DNA from: an archaeon
Lineage (GTDB): Archaea; SpSt-1190; DYHY01
Length of the DNA: 64,000 nucleotides
Direction of reading: 5' to 3'
NCBI GenBank assembly: GCA_037442745.1
Contig: JBBIPP010000004.1
Span: 16,027-80,026, forward strand
Made by a program: the position numbers and the translations under genes. Below, in pieces: positions 25,792-33,423 of this stretch. The notes under the pieces were generated by a model. That model was not told the DNA's origin, made no database searches, and saw nothing but the letters and a program-made list of their open reading frames with translations. The stretch's first letter is position 1, and every line of letters begins with the position of its first letter.

Positions 25792-26331
25792 TTAGCTTCC
25801 ATTTGGCTTGTCGTCGCCTTTGCTCATAATTATTGCGACTAGGCCAACTAGCCCTGCGACAACTCCGACTGTCACAAGGGCGTTGTTGTCAATGTTAAAG
25901 TCCGCTCCGAATAGTATCTGCCATGTGTTCGGGCTCGAATTGAGCGCGAATACAACAAGTAGGACCGCTCCCCCGAAAATGACTAGCCCGTATTTCCACT
26001 CTTCCCCTTTTCTTATGAAATCGGTCGCGTTTTTCATGACATTGTAGACGAACATTGTTATCATCAGGGTGAACATCAGGACAATTATTGTCAGAAAGCC
26101 CTTTCCGGAGAATATTGAGAGGAAACGGCCAACCTGATAGACTCTTGCGAAATAAAGCACGAATAGGCCGAGAATCATTGAAACAATTGCGTCAATCCCA
26201 GGCTTCCCTCCGAGAATCTTCGCCTGCTGGAGTATTGCATAGATTACAAAGAACGCCAATAGGAAAGGCAGGACATAGTCGAAGAACCCCTGCGCAACCA
26301 GATTAGCTATTGTTTCGTCAACGAATGCCAT
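25792..26331 (-). CDS. Polytopic membrane protein (about 5 TM), locus paralog family
   Basis: 179-aa ORF. MAFVDETIANLVAQGFFDYVLPFLLAFFVIYAILQQAK shares the N-terminal helix plus the P-hydrophobic signature. Confidence 0.65.
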   Translation of the reverse strand: MAFVDETIANLVAQGFFDYVLPFLLAFFVIYAILQQAKILGGKPGIDAIVSMILGLFVLYFARVYQVGRFLSIFSGKGFLTIIVLMFTLMITMFVYNVMKNATDFIRKGEEWKYGLVIFGGAVLLVVFALNSSPNTWQILFGADFNIDNNALVTVGVVAGLVGLVAIIMSKGDDKPNGS

Positions 26332-26356
26332 TTTTGTATTTCATTTCCCCCATTTT

Positions 26357-26695
26357 CTATATATTATGCTTTTCCCCGTCAATATACCGCTCAATAAGGC
26401 CTCCCAAATGTATGTGCTTGGCATAGACCCGGATTGCCCATAACTCCCTCGCAATTGAGAGTAGCAAGAGGACAAAGAGCCAAGGAAAGACAAATGTCCG
26501 GAATATTGATAGAAGCTCGGTGACTCTCGAAGCTTCCCCGGAAAAGAAGGAAACAACAACCAAAATGGACAGGAGAACAGTTGCAATTGTAGATGCGATC
26601 GCCAGCCTGTCCGAACCCTCCTTGAACTGCGCGAAATTTGTGTGGGTGCCTTGTGAGCCGGTTTTTGGTTGTTTTTTTGCCATTTTATTTTTCAA
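26357..26695 (-). CDS. 2-TM protein with basic N-terminus and SFFSGEA motif; paralog of 31541..31897
   Basis: 112-aa ORF. KK-rich N-terminus, TM1 ending SFFSGEA, TM2 followed by ARELWAIRVY. Overlaps the upstream gene by 11 nt. Confidence 0.6.
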   Translation of the reverse strand: MKNKMAKKQPKTGSQGTHTNFAQFKEGSDRLAIASTIATVLLSILVVVSFFSGEASRVTELLSIFRTFVFPWLFVLLLLSIARELWAIRVYAKHIHLGGLIERYIDGEKHNI

Positions 26696-27209
26696 ACATT
26701 TTTATGTCTTTGAATTGGGACTTGCTCGGAGCATCTGAGCCCAAGAACGAGCCGATATTGTCAAGATAAGTAAGTCCAGAGTCAATTTCCATTCCTGCTT
26801 TGTTGATGTCTTGGGCGAACCGGAATCCCCATAGGAAATGCCCAATTGTCCACCAGAAAGCCATAAGAATGAATATCAGAGTCAGCATTGGTATCCAGAC
26901 ACCAGAACCGGTTGCCGAGCTTCCGAGAAAAGTCTGGAGCATCTGGACTACCTGCCAATATACCCCGAACCGAGCCCCGAAAAGGGAGAATATTATTGCA
27001 ATCCACATTGCAGTTGTTTTCCTGAAAAAGCCCATCAGATAAATAAAGTCGTAGAGAATGAAGAACATAAGGACGCCCGGCAGGATGTATGCGAAAATAA
27101 CAGTTGACATCGGACTCCCTGTTGTTCCCAAAAGAATGTTTATTATTGAGAGGACGAACCCTCCAATGTCGTTAATTACGCTAACAATTGTCCCTGCATC
27201 AAATGCCAT
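26685..27209 (-). CDS. 4-TM membrane protein, tandem copy A of the triplicated family member
   Basis: 174-aa ORF. Core residues about 26-131 are identical to copy C and differ from copy B at one residue, with a unique N-terminus and a longer C-terminal tail. AGGAGGA SD lies 7 nt upstream. Confidence 0.75.
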   Translation of the reverse strand: MAFDAGTIVSVINDIGGFVLSIINILLGTTGSPMSTVIFAYILPGVLMFFILYDFIYLMGFFRKTTAMWIAIIFSLFGARFGVYWQVVQMLQTFLGSSATGSGVWIPMLTLIFILMAFWWTIGHFLWGFRFAQDINKAGMEIDSGLTYLDNIGSFLGSDAPSKSQFKDIKMFEK

Positions 27210-28186
27210 TGTCTTTTCCTCCTATTATTTCTCACCCAATTTTTCAAGCCGTGTCCCAATTGTCTTGAGTAAATGAAGTGCAGCCCCCTGTTTGTGCTGT
27301 TCGGTTGCGACTGCTTGAGCGAACCGGAATCCCCATAGGAAATGCCCAATTGTCCACCAGAAAGCAATCAAAATGAATATCAGAGTCAGCATTGGTATCC
27401 AGACACCAGAACCGGTTGCCGAGCTTCCGAGAAAAGTCTGGAGCATCTGGACTACCTGCCAATATACCCCGAACCGAGCCCCGAAAAGGGAGAATATTAT
27501 TGCAATCCACATTGCAGTTGTTTTCCTGAAAAAGCCCATCAGATAAATAAAGTCGTAGAGAATGAAGAACATAAGGACGCCCGGCAGGATGTATGCGAAA
27601 ATAACAGTTGACATCGGACTCCCTGTTGTTCCCAAAAGGACGTTGATTATTGTTAGCAAAAACCCGCCAATATCGTTCAGAAAGCCATTTATTGTCCCAG
27701 CATCCAATGCCATATCTTCTTTCTCCTTTTATTTAGATCCCAATTGTTCTAGACGGCTTCCAATCCTGTCAAGAACACCGATTGCACTCTCTATTTTGTC
27801 GCTTTCCTTGTAAACAGCACTGGCAAACCGGAATCCCCATAGGAAATGCCCAATTGTCCACCAGAAAGCCATAAGAATGAATATCAGAGTCAGCATTGGT
27901 ATCCAGACACCAGAACCGGTTGCCGAGCTTCCGAGAAAAGTCTGGAGCATCTGGACTACCTGCCAATATACCCCGAACCGAGCCCCGAAAAGGGAGAATA
28001 TTATTGCAATCCACATTGCAGTTGTTTTCCTGAAAAAGCCCATCAGATAAATAAAGTCGTAGAGAATGAAGAACATAAGGACGCCCGGCAGGATGTATGC
28101 GAAAATAACAGTTGACATCGGACTCCCTGTTGTTCCCAAAAGGACGTTGATTATTGTTAGCAAAAACCCGCCAATATCGTTCAGAA
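26817..28186. repeat. 504-bp-period tandem triplication with near-identical core blocks (about 26817-27134, 27321-27682, 27826-28186)
   Basis: The blocks are identical by eye except for a few substitutions (GCCATAAGAATG vs GCAATCAAAATG). Identity stops abruptly at both flanks. Antisense shadow ORFs are near-identical in all three copies. Confidence 0.9.
27225..27713 (-). CDS. 4-TM membrane protein, tandem copy B
   Basis: 162-aa ORF. Core near-identical to copies A and C (one substitution), own C-terminal tail AVATEQHKQGAALHLLKTIGTRLEKLGEK. AAGGAGA SD upstream. Confidence 0.75.
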   Translation of the reverse strand: MALDAGTINGFLNDIGGFLLTIINVLLGTTGSPMSTVIFAYILPGVLMFFILYDFIYLMGFFRKTTAMWIAIIFSLFGARFGVYWQVVQMLQTFLGSSATGSGVWIPMLTLIFILIAFWWTIGHFLWGFRFAQAVATEQHKQGAALHLLKTIGTRLEKLGEK

Positions 28187-28217
28187 TGCTTACGAATGTC
28201 CCCGAATTTATTGCCAT
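27729..28217 (-). CDS. 4-TM membrane protein, tandem copy C
   Basis: 162-aa ORF. Core identical to copy A, own C-terminal tail AVYKESDKIESAIGVLDRIGSRLEQLGSK. Two TATA-like boxes lie in the 158-bp upstream spacer. Confidence 0.75.
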   Translation of the reverse strand: MAINSGTFVSILNDIGGFLLTIINVLLGTTGSPMSTVIFAYILPGVLMFFILYDFIYLMGFFRKTTAMWIAIIFSLFGARFGVYWQVVQMLQTFLGSSATGSGVWIPMLTLIFILMAFWWTIGHFLWGFRFASAVYKESDKIESAIGVLDRIGSRLEQLGSK

Positions 28218-28375
28218 TTTCTCTTTTCTCCTTTTTTGATTATTTATTCGGCCAGTTCCCTTTATTTTCTCTTTCTAGCATTTATAGTTTGCCGATTTAA
28301 GGGCAGTGTCCAAATAACAGCAACCCCAAAATCCTTAATGGTATTACCACTCGATAATTTATATAGTTTCCCATC

Positions 28376-28936
28376 TTATTTGAACTTGCTGAAAGCTGGA
28401 GCCCAGCCAGAACTTCTCTCAGCCTTTTGGGAATTGACAATTGACTGCTTGTTTGAGCCCTCCCTGTTCCCGAGCCGTGCAGCAGTCTGACCAATCAGGG
28501 TCAATATCTGCCCGCCCCCCGAGAGCTCAGCCAAGCCCTTGGAAGCTGCCCTGGCAGTGACAAACCCTATGAAGAAATTGCTCATGAACCAATAGACAAT
28601 CACGAAAGTGAAGACTGTTATGAACATTGCAATGAATAGTCCTGTTTCCCCGAAAATCGGCTCTAAAAAGAGGGAGTTAACGAATGTGTTATAGTCGTCA
28701 TAAAATCCGAAATGGGCGAACATTAGGGCGAAGACCGCAGCCATTACTGTTGCGGTTATTTTCCTGAAAAACCCCATCAGATAGAAGAGGTCTTCCAGCG
28801 TGAAAAAGACGAGGAGCGCAGGAATTGCATAGAGGAAAATTATCTCATACCAAGGCTGTCCCTTGCCCCCGAAAATCATGTTGAAAATTGTCCAGAAGAA
28901 TTCCGGGACATTGAAATAAAGTTCCTCTCCTGCCAT
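28376..28936 (-). CDS. 4-TM membrane protein, diverged paralog of the triplicated genes
   Basis: 186-aa ORF. AIPALLVFFTLEDLFYLMGFFRKITATVMAAVF aligns with ILPGVLMFFILYDFIYLMGFFRKTTAMWIAIIF. Tail contains ILTLIGQTAARLG. Its ATG overlaps the stop of the upstream 632-aa gene. Confidence 0.7.
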   Translation of the reverse strand: MAGEELYFNVPEFFWTIFNMIFGGKGQPWYEIIFLYAIPALLVFFTLEDLFYLMGFFRKITATVMAAVFALMFAHFGFYDDYNTFVNSLFLEPIFGETGLFIAMFITVFTFVIVYWFMSNFFIGFVTARAASKGLAELSGGGQILTLIGQTAARLGNREGSNKQSIVNSQKAERSSGWAPAFSKFK

Positions 28937-30774
28937 TATTTGTTCCCCCCGAATTTCGAGCCCAAGTTCCTGAAGAATCCGCCAATCGAATTCTTTGCCG
29001 CCCCCAGCACTCCTGCTGGAACAACCCCGATGTCCTTGTTAATGTTGGCGTATTTCCACTTTTCCTGCTGGTTAGGAGTCATGGTTTTTCCTTGCCAAGG
29101 ATTCACCGACTTAATCCGGGTTGTCCAAGAGTCTTTTGCCTTTTCAACAGAGCCACCTATCTCGTCAGTAACATCCCCGAACTTGTCTTTTCCTTTCGAG
29201 ACTTTCTGGGAAATCTTGCCATATGCGCTCGTGCTCTTGATCATTCCGAGGATGAATTTTGGAAGAACGGTTACTGGGAGAGTGAGATAGAGGAAAAGCA
29301 CCCTTATTCCGATTGAAGTCACTATAAGGAGAAGGTAGAAGAGCGCGGCAACTATTGCGTTCATGAAGAGGTCCAGTGGGTTTGCTGGGACGGCTGTCCC
29401 TGAAAGGGGTTTTGCCAAGGAAACAATATAGAGGGTTCCCAAGAACTGGAATGCGAGCCGAATAAGGGAATTTAGGACAGGTATTGGTCCTCCGTTGAAG
29501 GGCAAAAGTATCCAAATAACTACTGGTCTTGGAAGGAAGACTGCCAGGAGAAAGACAGACTTTTCCACAGCGAATGCGACAATCTGCCACATCCAGAACG
29601 CCCAAAAAGTCGCGGGGATTATTGATGCCCAGATGTTGACGCAGCTCGTCGGCTCCCTTACCGGAATATATTCGTAATAGGACGCAATTCCGAAAATATT
29701 CATGCTTGTTGCAAAAGCCACTACAAGAAGAAAGATCCACACATATCCGAGCTCAATTACTGAAAATGCCCTGAAAACGTCGTATATTGTGGATTTTATA
29801 GCTTCCCTTCCGGCAATGGCGCCCTTCTTCGCTCGGAGGCGCTCTGACGCGTCATTGCTTTTGCTTGCGCCGTCACCGGCGCCTCCGGCAACTCCTCCCA
29901 TCAGCCGATCGTCAACTCCGGGAATTCCGGTAGATTTGTCCAAGAACTGGTCGGCAAGATGCGTTGCTTTCTGGACGAAACTGAGCTCGTCATAGTCGCT
30001 GTCCGCAGTTGCCGCGACATCGAGAATTCTCGAGTATTCAGTATCTCCTATTGTGCTTTGGATTACTTCCTTTGCAAATGTTGCCTTCCAATTGTCCGGC
30101 TCGAGGAATTCTTTTTGCAAGTCCTCCGGAGGAGCGGCAAGGGTCTCGAAAAGTATTATCAGGAAAAGAATCCATCCGAAAAGAATCCATGCGGCAATGT
30201 TTGTCGATAGGGTGAATATCACAAAAAAAAGCGCAGCAACTATCTTTATCCAAGACGCATTTTTGAAAGCGAAACGCCCTAGAATCATCAGGACAATCCC
30301 GATTCCGAGGAAAACATAAGAGAGTTCTTTGCTCACATTTATTAGGGGCCTGTCATAATCCGGTCCGCACGCATTCTCAAGCTCGTTTTCCGAAATCCCA
30401 TAGCTCTCGACAACCCTCGGGCCAAAGTTCTCCGGCGGTTTAGCTGGCAGATTGTCCCATTCCCTTGCGGATTGCGTTATCTGCCCGAAAAGTGGGGCAA
30501 TTCCTTTGTCCCAGAATGTCTGAAGTATGCCAAAGAAGCTGTTGTCGCCTACCGAAGAAAAGTCGAGGCAAAGGCCGGTTGTTGTGCAGGATTCGGGGGT
30601 TCCTCCCGTAAGGCCGGACTCTCCGGAAGGATCTCCCCCGTCAATCGGGGAAAGAAGAGGGTCCTCTGAGAATGCCGGGGCAGGCGAAAGAGCAAGAATG
30701 AAAACAAGGGTTAGGATGGGGAAAATTTTCCAAATGCTCGAGAATTCCCATCTCATTTTCCGGGAAGCCCCCAT
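28936..30774 (-). CDS. Large polytopic membrane protein (signal peptide, 8-9 TM, ~120-aa soluble loop, hydrophilic C-tail); start taken at M21 of the 632-aa ORF
   Basis: The ORF runs 28936..30834. ATG 30774 lies about 29 nt downstream of a TATA-like box. Signal-like WKIFPILTLVFILALSPAPAFSEDP, multiple long hydrophobic segments, C-tail KNSIGGFFRNLGSKFGGNK. Confidence 0.75.
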   Translation of the reverse strand: MGASRKMRWEFSSIWKIFPILTLVFILALSPAPAFSEDPLLSPIDGGDPSGESGLTGGTPESCTTTGLCLDFSSVGDNSFFGILQTFWDKGIAPLFGQITQSAREWDNLPAKPPENFGPRVVESYGISENELENACGPDYDRPLINVSKELSYVFLGIGIVLMILGRFAFKNASWIKIVAALFFVIFTLSTNIAAWILFGWILFLIILFETLAAPPEDLQKEFLEPDNWKATFAKEVIQSTIGDTEYSRILDVAATADSDYDELSFVQKATHLADQFLDKSTGIPGVDDRLMGGVAGGAGDGASKSNDASERLRAKKGAIAGREAIKSTIYDVFRAFSVIELGYVWIFLLVVAFATSMNIFGIASYYEYIPVREPTSCVNIWASIIPATFWAFWMWQIVAFAVEKSVFLLAVFLPRPVVIWILLPFNGGPIPVLNSLIRLAFQFLGTLYIVSLAKPLSGTAVPANPLDLFMNAIVAALFYLLLIVTSIGIRVLFLYLTLPVTVLPKFILGMIKSTSAYGKISQKVSKGKDKFGDVTDEIGGSVEKAKDSWTTRIKSVNPWQGKTMTPNQQEKWKYANINKDIGVVPAGVLGAAKNSIGGFFRNLGSKFGGNK

Positions 30775-30797
30775 ATCTGTCTTTTTTAGCTCTTTCC

Positions 30798-30844
30798 AAT
30801 ATAAATAATGTCTCCCGAGTGGGAAAATTGGCAAAGTATAAAAG
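30798..30844. promoter_or_regulatory. Back-to-back TATA boxes of the divergent membrane-locus operons
   Basis: AATATAAATAAT (30798-30809; reads ATTATTTATATT on the minus strand, about 29 nt from ATG 30774) and GTATAAAAG (30836-30844, about 34 nt from ATG 30874). Implies leaderless or short-leader mRNAs. Confidence 0.45.
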
Positions 30845-30873
30845 TAAGATTTTCCCGAGAGTCCCAGTCAAAC

Positions 30874-31524
30874 ATGGCGAAAGGCAGGGGATTATTTTCA
30901 AGAATTGCCGGGCGAAAGGGGGAAGGCGACAACGATGTTTTCATGTATGCTTTCATTGTTGTCTTGCTGGTTGCTGTAGGGACTTATGCAAGCAATTCAG
31001 GTGTCGGAGGGGTTTTTTTCAGCGCAATTAACAACGCATTTTCCAAGCTCGGTCTGCTTACTTCCTCCTCGTGCCCTTTCTATAGCAATGTTAATACTGC
31101 CGCATGGGCGTGCATTGTTGTTTTCGGGATAATCCCATTCATTATTGTCTATTACTTTACATTTGATGCATTGAGCTTCACTTTCATGACAACGCGGACA
31201 AAGGGAATGCTTTCCCTCGGAGTTTCAATGATTGCAACAGTTCCAATGAACGGACGCTCACTTATTGCGAGCCTCAGCGCTACTCTTGAGCAGTTTACAG
31301 TACTGCTCCTTCCTCCAATTGGTCAAGGAGGACTTGGTAACTGGGGCGGATTCCTTGCAATAATGCTGATAATGGCGCTTATTTCAGGTTTCTTGGGTCA
31401 GCTTGCTCTTACTTCCCAGATGGCGAATGCAGCAGTCCTGTCCCTGCAGGAGACAATATGGGGATACAGGGCAATGAACCAGATAGGAAAAGCGGTTACT
31501 GCGACTGGAAAGAAAGAAGGTTAG
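30874..31524 (+). CDS. Polytopic membrane protein, locus paralog family; start taken at MAKGRG (ORF track gives 30808)
   Basis: IIPFIIVYYFTFDALSFTFMTTRTKGMLSLGV matches the family signature. The C-terminal tail AMNQIGKAVTATGKKEG shares the IG-tail motif. Confidence 0.65.
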   Translation: MAKGRGLFSRIAGRKGEGDNDVFMYAFIVVLLVAVGTYASNSGVGGVFFSAINNAFSKLGLLTSSSCPFYSNVNTAAWACIVVFGIIPFIIVYYFTFDALSFTFMTTRTKGMLSLGVSMIATVPMNGRSLIASLSATLEQFTVLLLPPIGQGGLGNWGGFLAIMLIMALISGFLGQLALTSQMANAAVLSLQETIWGYRAMNQIGKAVTATGKKEG

Positions 31525-31540
31525 GGAGCAGTTTCCTGAA

Positions 31541-31897
31541 ATGGCGCCCGCAGTGAAAAAAGGGGAAAAGAAAAAGCCCTTTGAGACTGCATCAATTTCC
31601 CTTTTTCTCGAGCATCTGGACGGCTTTCTTTTATCAGTCCTCAAATACGTCCTCTCGGCAATCCTCCTTTTCTCCCTTGCAATTGCCCTCTATTCATTCT
31701 TCTCCGGAAACGCATGGTCCGACTTTTCAGTTACGCAGGCCGGAGCGAACACAATTTCCGCGGTTGTCGCCCTTTCGTTGATAATTTTCTGGAGGGAGCT
31801 ACGGGAACTCCGGCTCTGGCTTGAGGGAATGTCAGAACACCATTCAAGGCATACTTATTCCCGCTTGGATTATTCCGCAAAAAGGAAGGGGGCATAA
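31541..31897 (+). CDS. 2-TM protein with basic N-terminus and SFFSGNA motif; paralog of 26357..26695
   Basis: 118-aa ORF. KKGEKKK N-terminus, TM1 ending YSFFSGNA, TM2 followed by WRELRELRLW. Confidence 0.6.
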   Translation: MAPAVKKGEKKKPFETASISLFLEHLDGFLLSVLKYVLSAILLFSLAIALYSFFSGNAWSDFSVTQAGANTISAVVALSLIIFWRELRELRLWLEGMSEHHSRHTYSRLDYSAKRKGA

Positions 31898-32646
31898 TGC
31901 CAGTTTTTTCTCTCGGGAAATTGGAGAAACTGCAGTTCGTTTCACTTGCCTTGCTTCTCCTCCTTTTGGCTCCTGCACATTCCGCCACTTCGGGCGCCGC
32001 GAACACAGATCTTGTTTCAAAAGGAAGGGGCTTTGCGGACGAGCTCTTTGGCCCGATGTTTGCGCTCCTTGAGCCTTTCGGATTTGGGGCGAACAACCAG
32101 TATTCAATGATCCAATTCCTTGCAGCATTCACGCTGATATTCTTCCTTGTGAAGGAAATTACGCCCGGAACCTCTGACTTTGCCGCATTCATTGCAACAA
32201 TGCTAGGAGCTGGCGCAATAAACTTCATTTTCCGGCTGGACTGGTACACTTTCTTGATACATTTCTCCCCTGCTCTCCTGATGTTTTTCTTCCTTCAGGA
32301 CATCCTCGCTAGGTTCTCCTTCATGTTCCGGAGCACGGCCAAATGGATTGCCCTCTTCGGAATGATTCTTGTCTTCTACACAGACTATGCGCTCTTCACT
32401 GACAACGGAATTTTTGGATTTTTCTTCAACAAACTGTTCGGGGAAGGGTATTCGTTTTTCCTCGAGCCTTGGTCAATAATACTTTTCGCGCTTCTTGCGA
32501 CTCTTGTGCGGATGTTCGGTCTCATTGAGAAGGTCTTCAAGTCTGAGAGCGCTAACCAATACAGGTACCAGATGCAGGCGGCAGTGAACATTATTCAGCA
32601 GGAAGTTGTAAAGGGAGGAATGAAGGACCTTGCAAAGAAAAAGTGA
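31897..32646 (+). CDS. Secreted/polytopic membrane protein, locus paralog family
   Basis: 249-aa ORF. Signal-like LALLLLLLAPAHSATSG. SPALLMFFFLQDILARFSFMFRSTAKWIALF matches the family signature. ATGA-type overlap with the upstream gene. Confidence 0.7.
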   Translation: MPVFSLGKLEKLQFVSLALLLLLLAPAHSATSGAANTDLVSKGRGFADELFGPMFALLEPFGFGANNQYSMIQFLAAFTLIFFLVKEITPGTSDFAAFIATMLGAGAINFIFRLDWYTFLIHFSPALLMFFFLQDILARFSFMFRSTAKWIALFGMILVFYTDYALFTDNGIFGFFFNKLFGEGYSFFLEPWSIILFALLATLVRMFGLIEKVFKSESANQYRYQMQAAVNIIQQEVVKGGMKDLAKKK

Positions 32647-32679
32647 GGTTTTTATTCCGGAACAGGAGGGCGTCTTGCA

Positions 32680-33291
32680 ATGGACCTAATAATCCTCATA
32701 ATAACCTTGGTCTGCCTAACTACAATAATAAAGCCATTCACATTCCCCGGAGACAGCAATTTCGAGGACGCTTCGTCAACTCTAGCCATTTTCCTCGGAA
32801 TCCTCGCCTATTTCTACGGAGTCGATTTCTTCCCGGCAACCTCGTTTTTAGCGCCCCTCCACATTATAACAATAGGCCTGGTGAACGCATTTTCAATAAT
32901 AGATCTTTTCATACTGACTATTCTTGGAACCCCCCTGACACTGAACCTCATTTTCGTTGTAATAGTCCCCTCAATGGTTGTCTATAAGATTGCAAAGGAG
33001 CTCTTCTCATATACGGAGATACTCTCAAAGACAACCGAGAACTTCATTGCATCAATAGTCGCTTTCATCTCAATGGTTGCGGCAGTCAGGGGCGACTTTA
33101 ACCTGATTCAGATTGTCTGGAGCGCTCTCACATATTTGGTGAGCTATGTTACCGGTCAGAGCTCATTATACCTGATGACTGTCTCAATAACGGTTATTTC
33201 GGTAATTGTTCTTGCAGTTGCCATTGCATTCGAGACAATGACTGTCAAGTTCGTCCTTCTTCTTTCTAACGGTTCCGCAGAAGCAGAATAG
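32680..33291 (+). CDS. Polytopic membrane protein (about 6 TM), distant locus family member
   Basis: 203-aa ORF. IVPSMVVYKIAKELFSYTEILSKTTENFIASIV resembles the family signature. Confidence 0.65.
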   Translation: MDLIILIITLVCLTTIIKPFTFPGDSNFEDASSTLAIFLGILAYFYGVDFFPATSFLAPLHIITIGLVNAFSIIDLFILTILGTPLTLNLIFVVIVPSMVVYKIAKELFSYTEILSKTTENFIASIVAFISMVAAVRGDFNLIQIVWSALTYLVSYVTGQSSLYLMTVSITVISVIVLAVAIAFETMTVKFVLLLSNGSAEAE

Positions 33292-33423
33292 ATTTAGAAC
33301 TATTCTTAGGCCTTTAATAAAATAACACATCATTTGGCCTTTGTAAAGACAATAAAAAGAAAACTTTAAAAGCAAGATTGAATATATTACTATTAAATAA
33401 CAAAAAAGGATTGATGATGAAAA

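Noticed and set aside
20507-28217. Possibility that the tandem repeats (168-bp and 504-bp periods) are CRISPR arrays
   Set aside because: The periods are far too long, there is no short repeat/unique spacer alternation, and the 504-bp units are protein-coding genes. No cas genes are present except a stand-alone Cas4-like nuclease 12 kb away.
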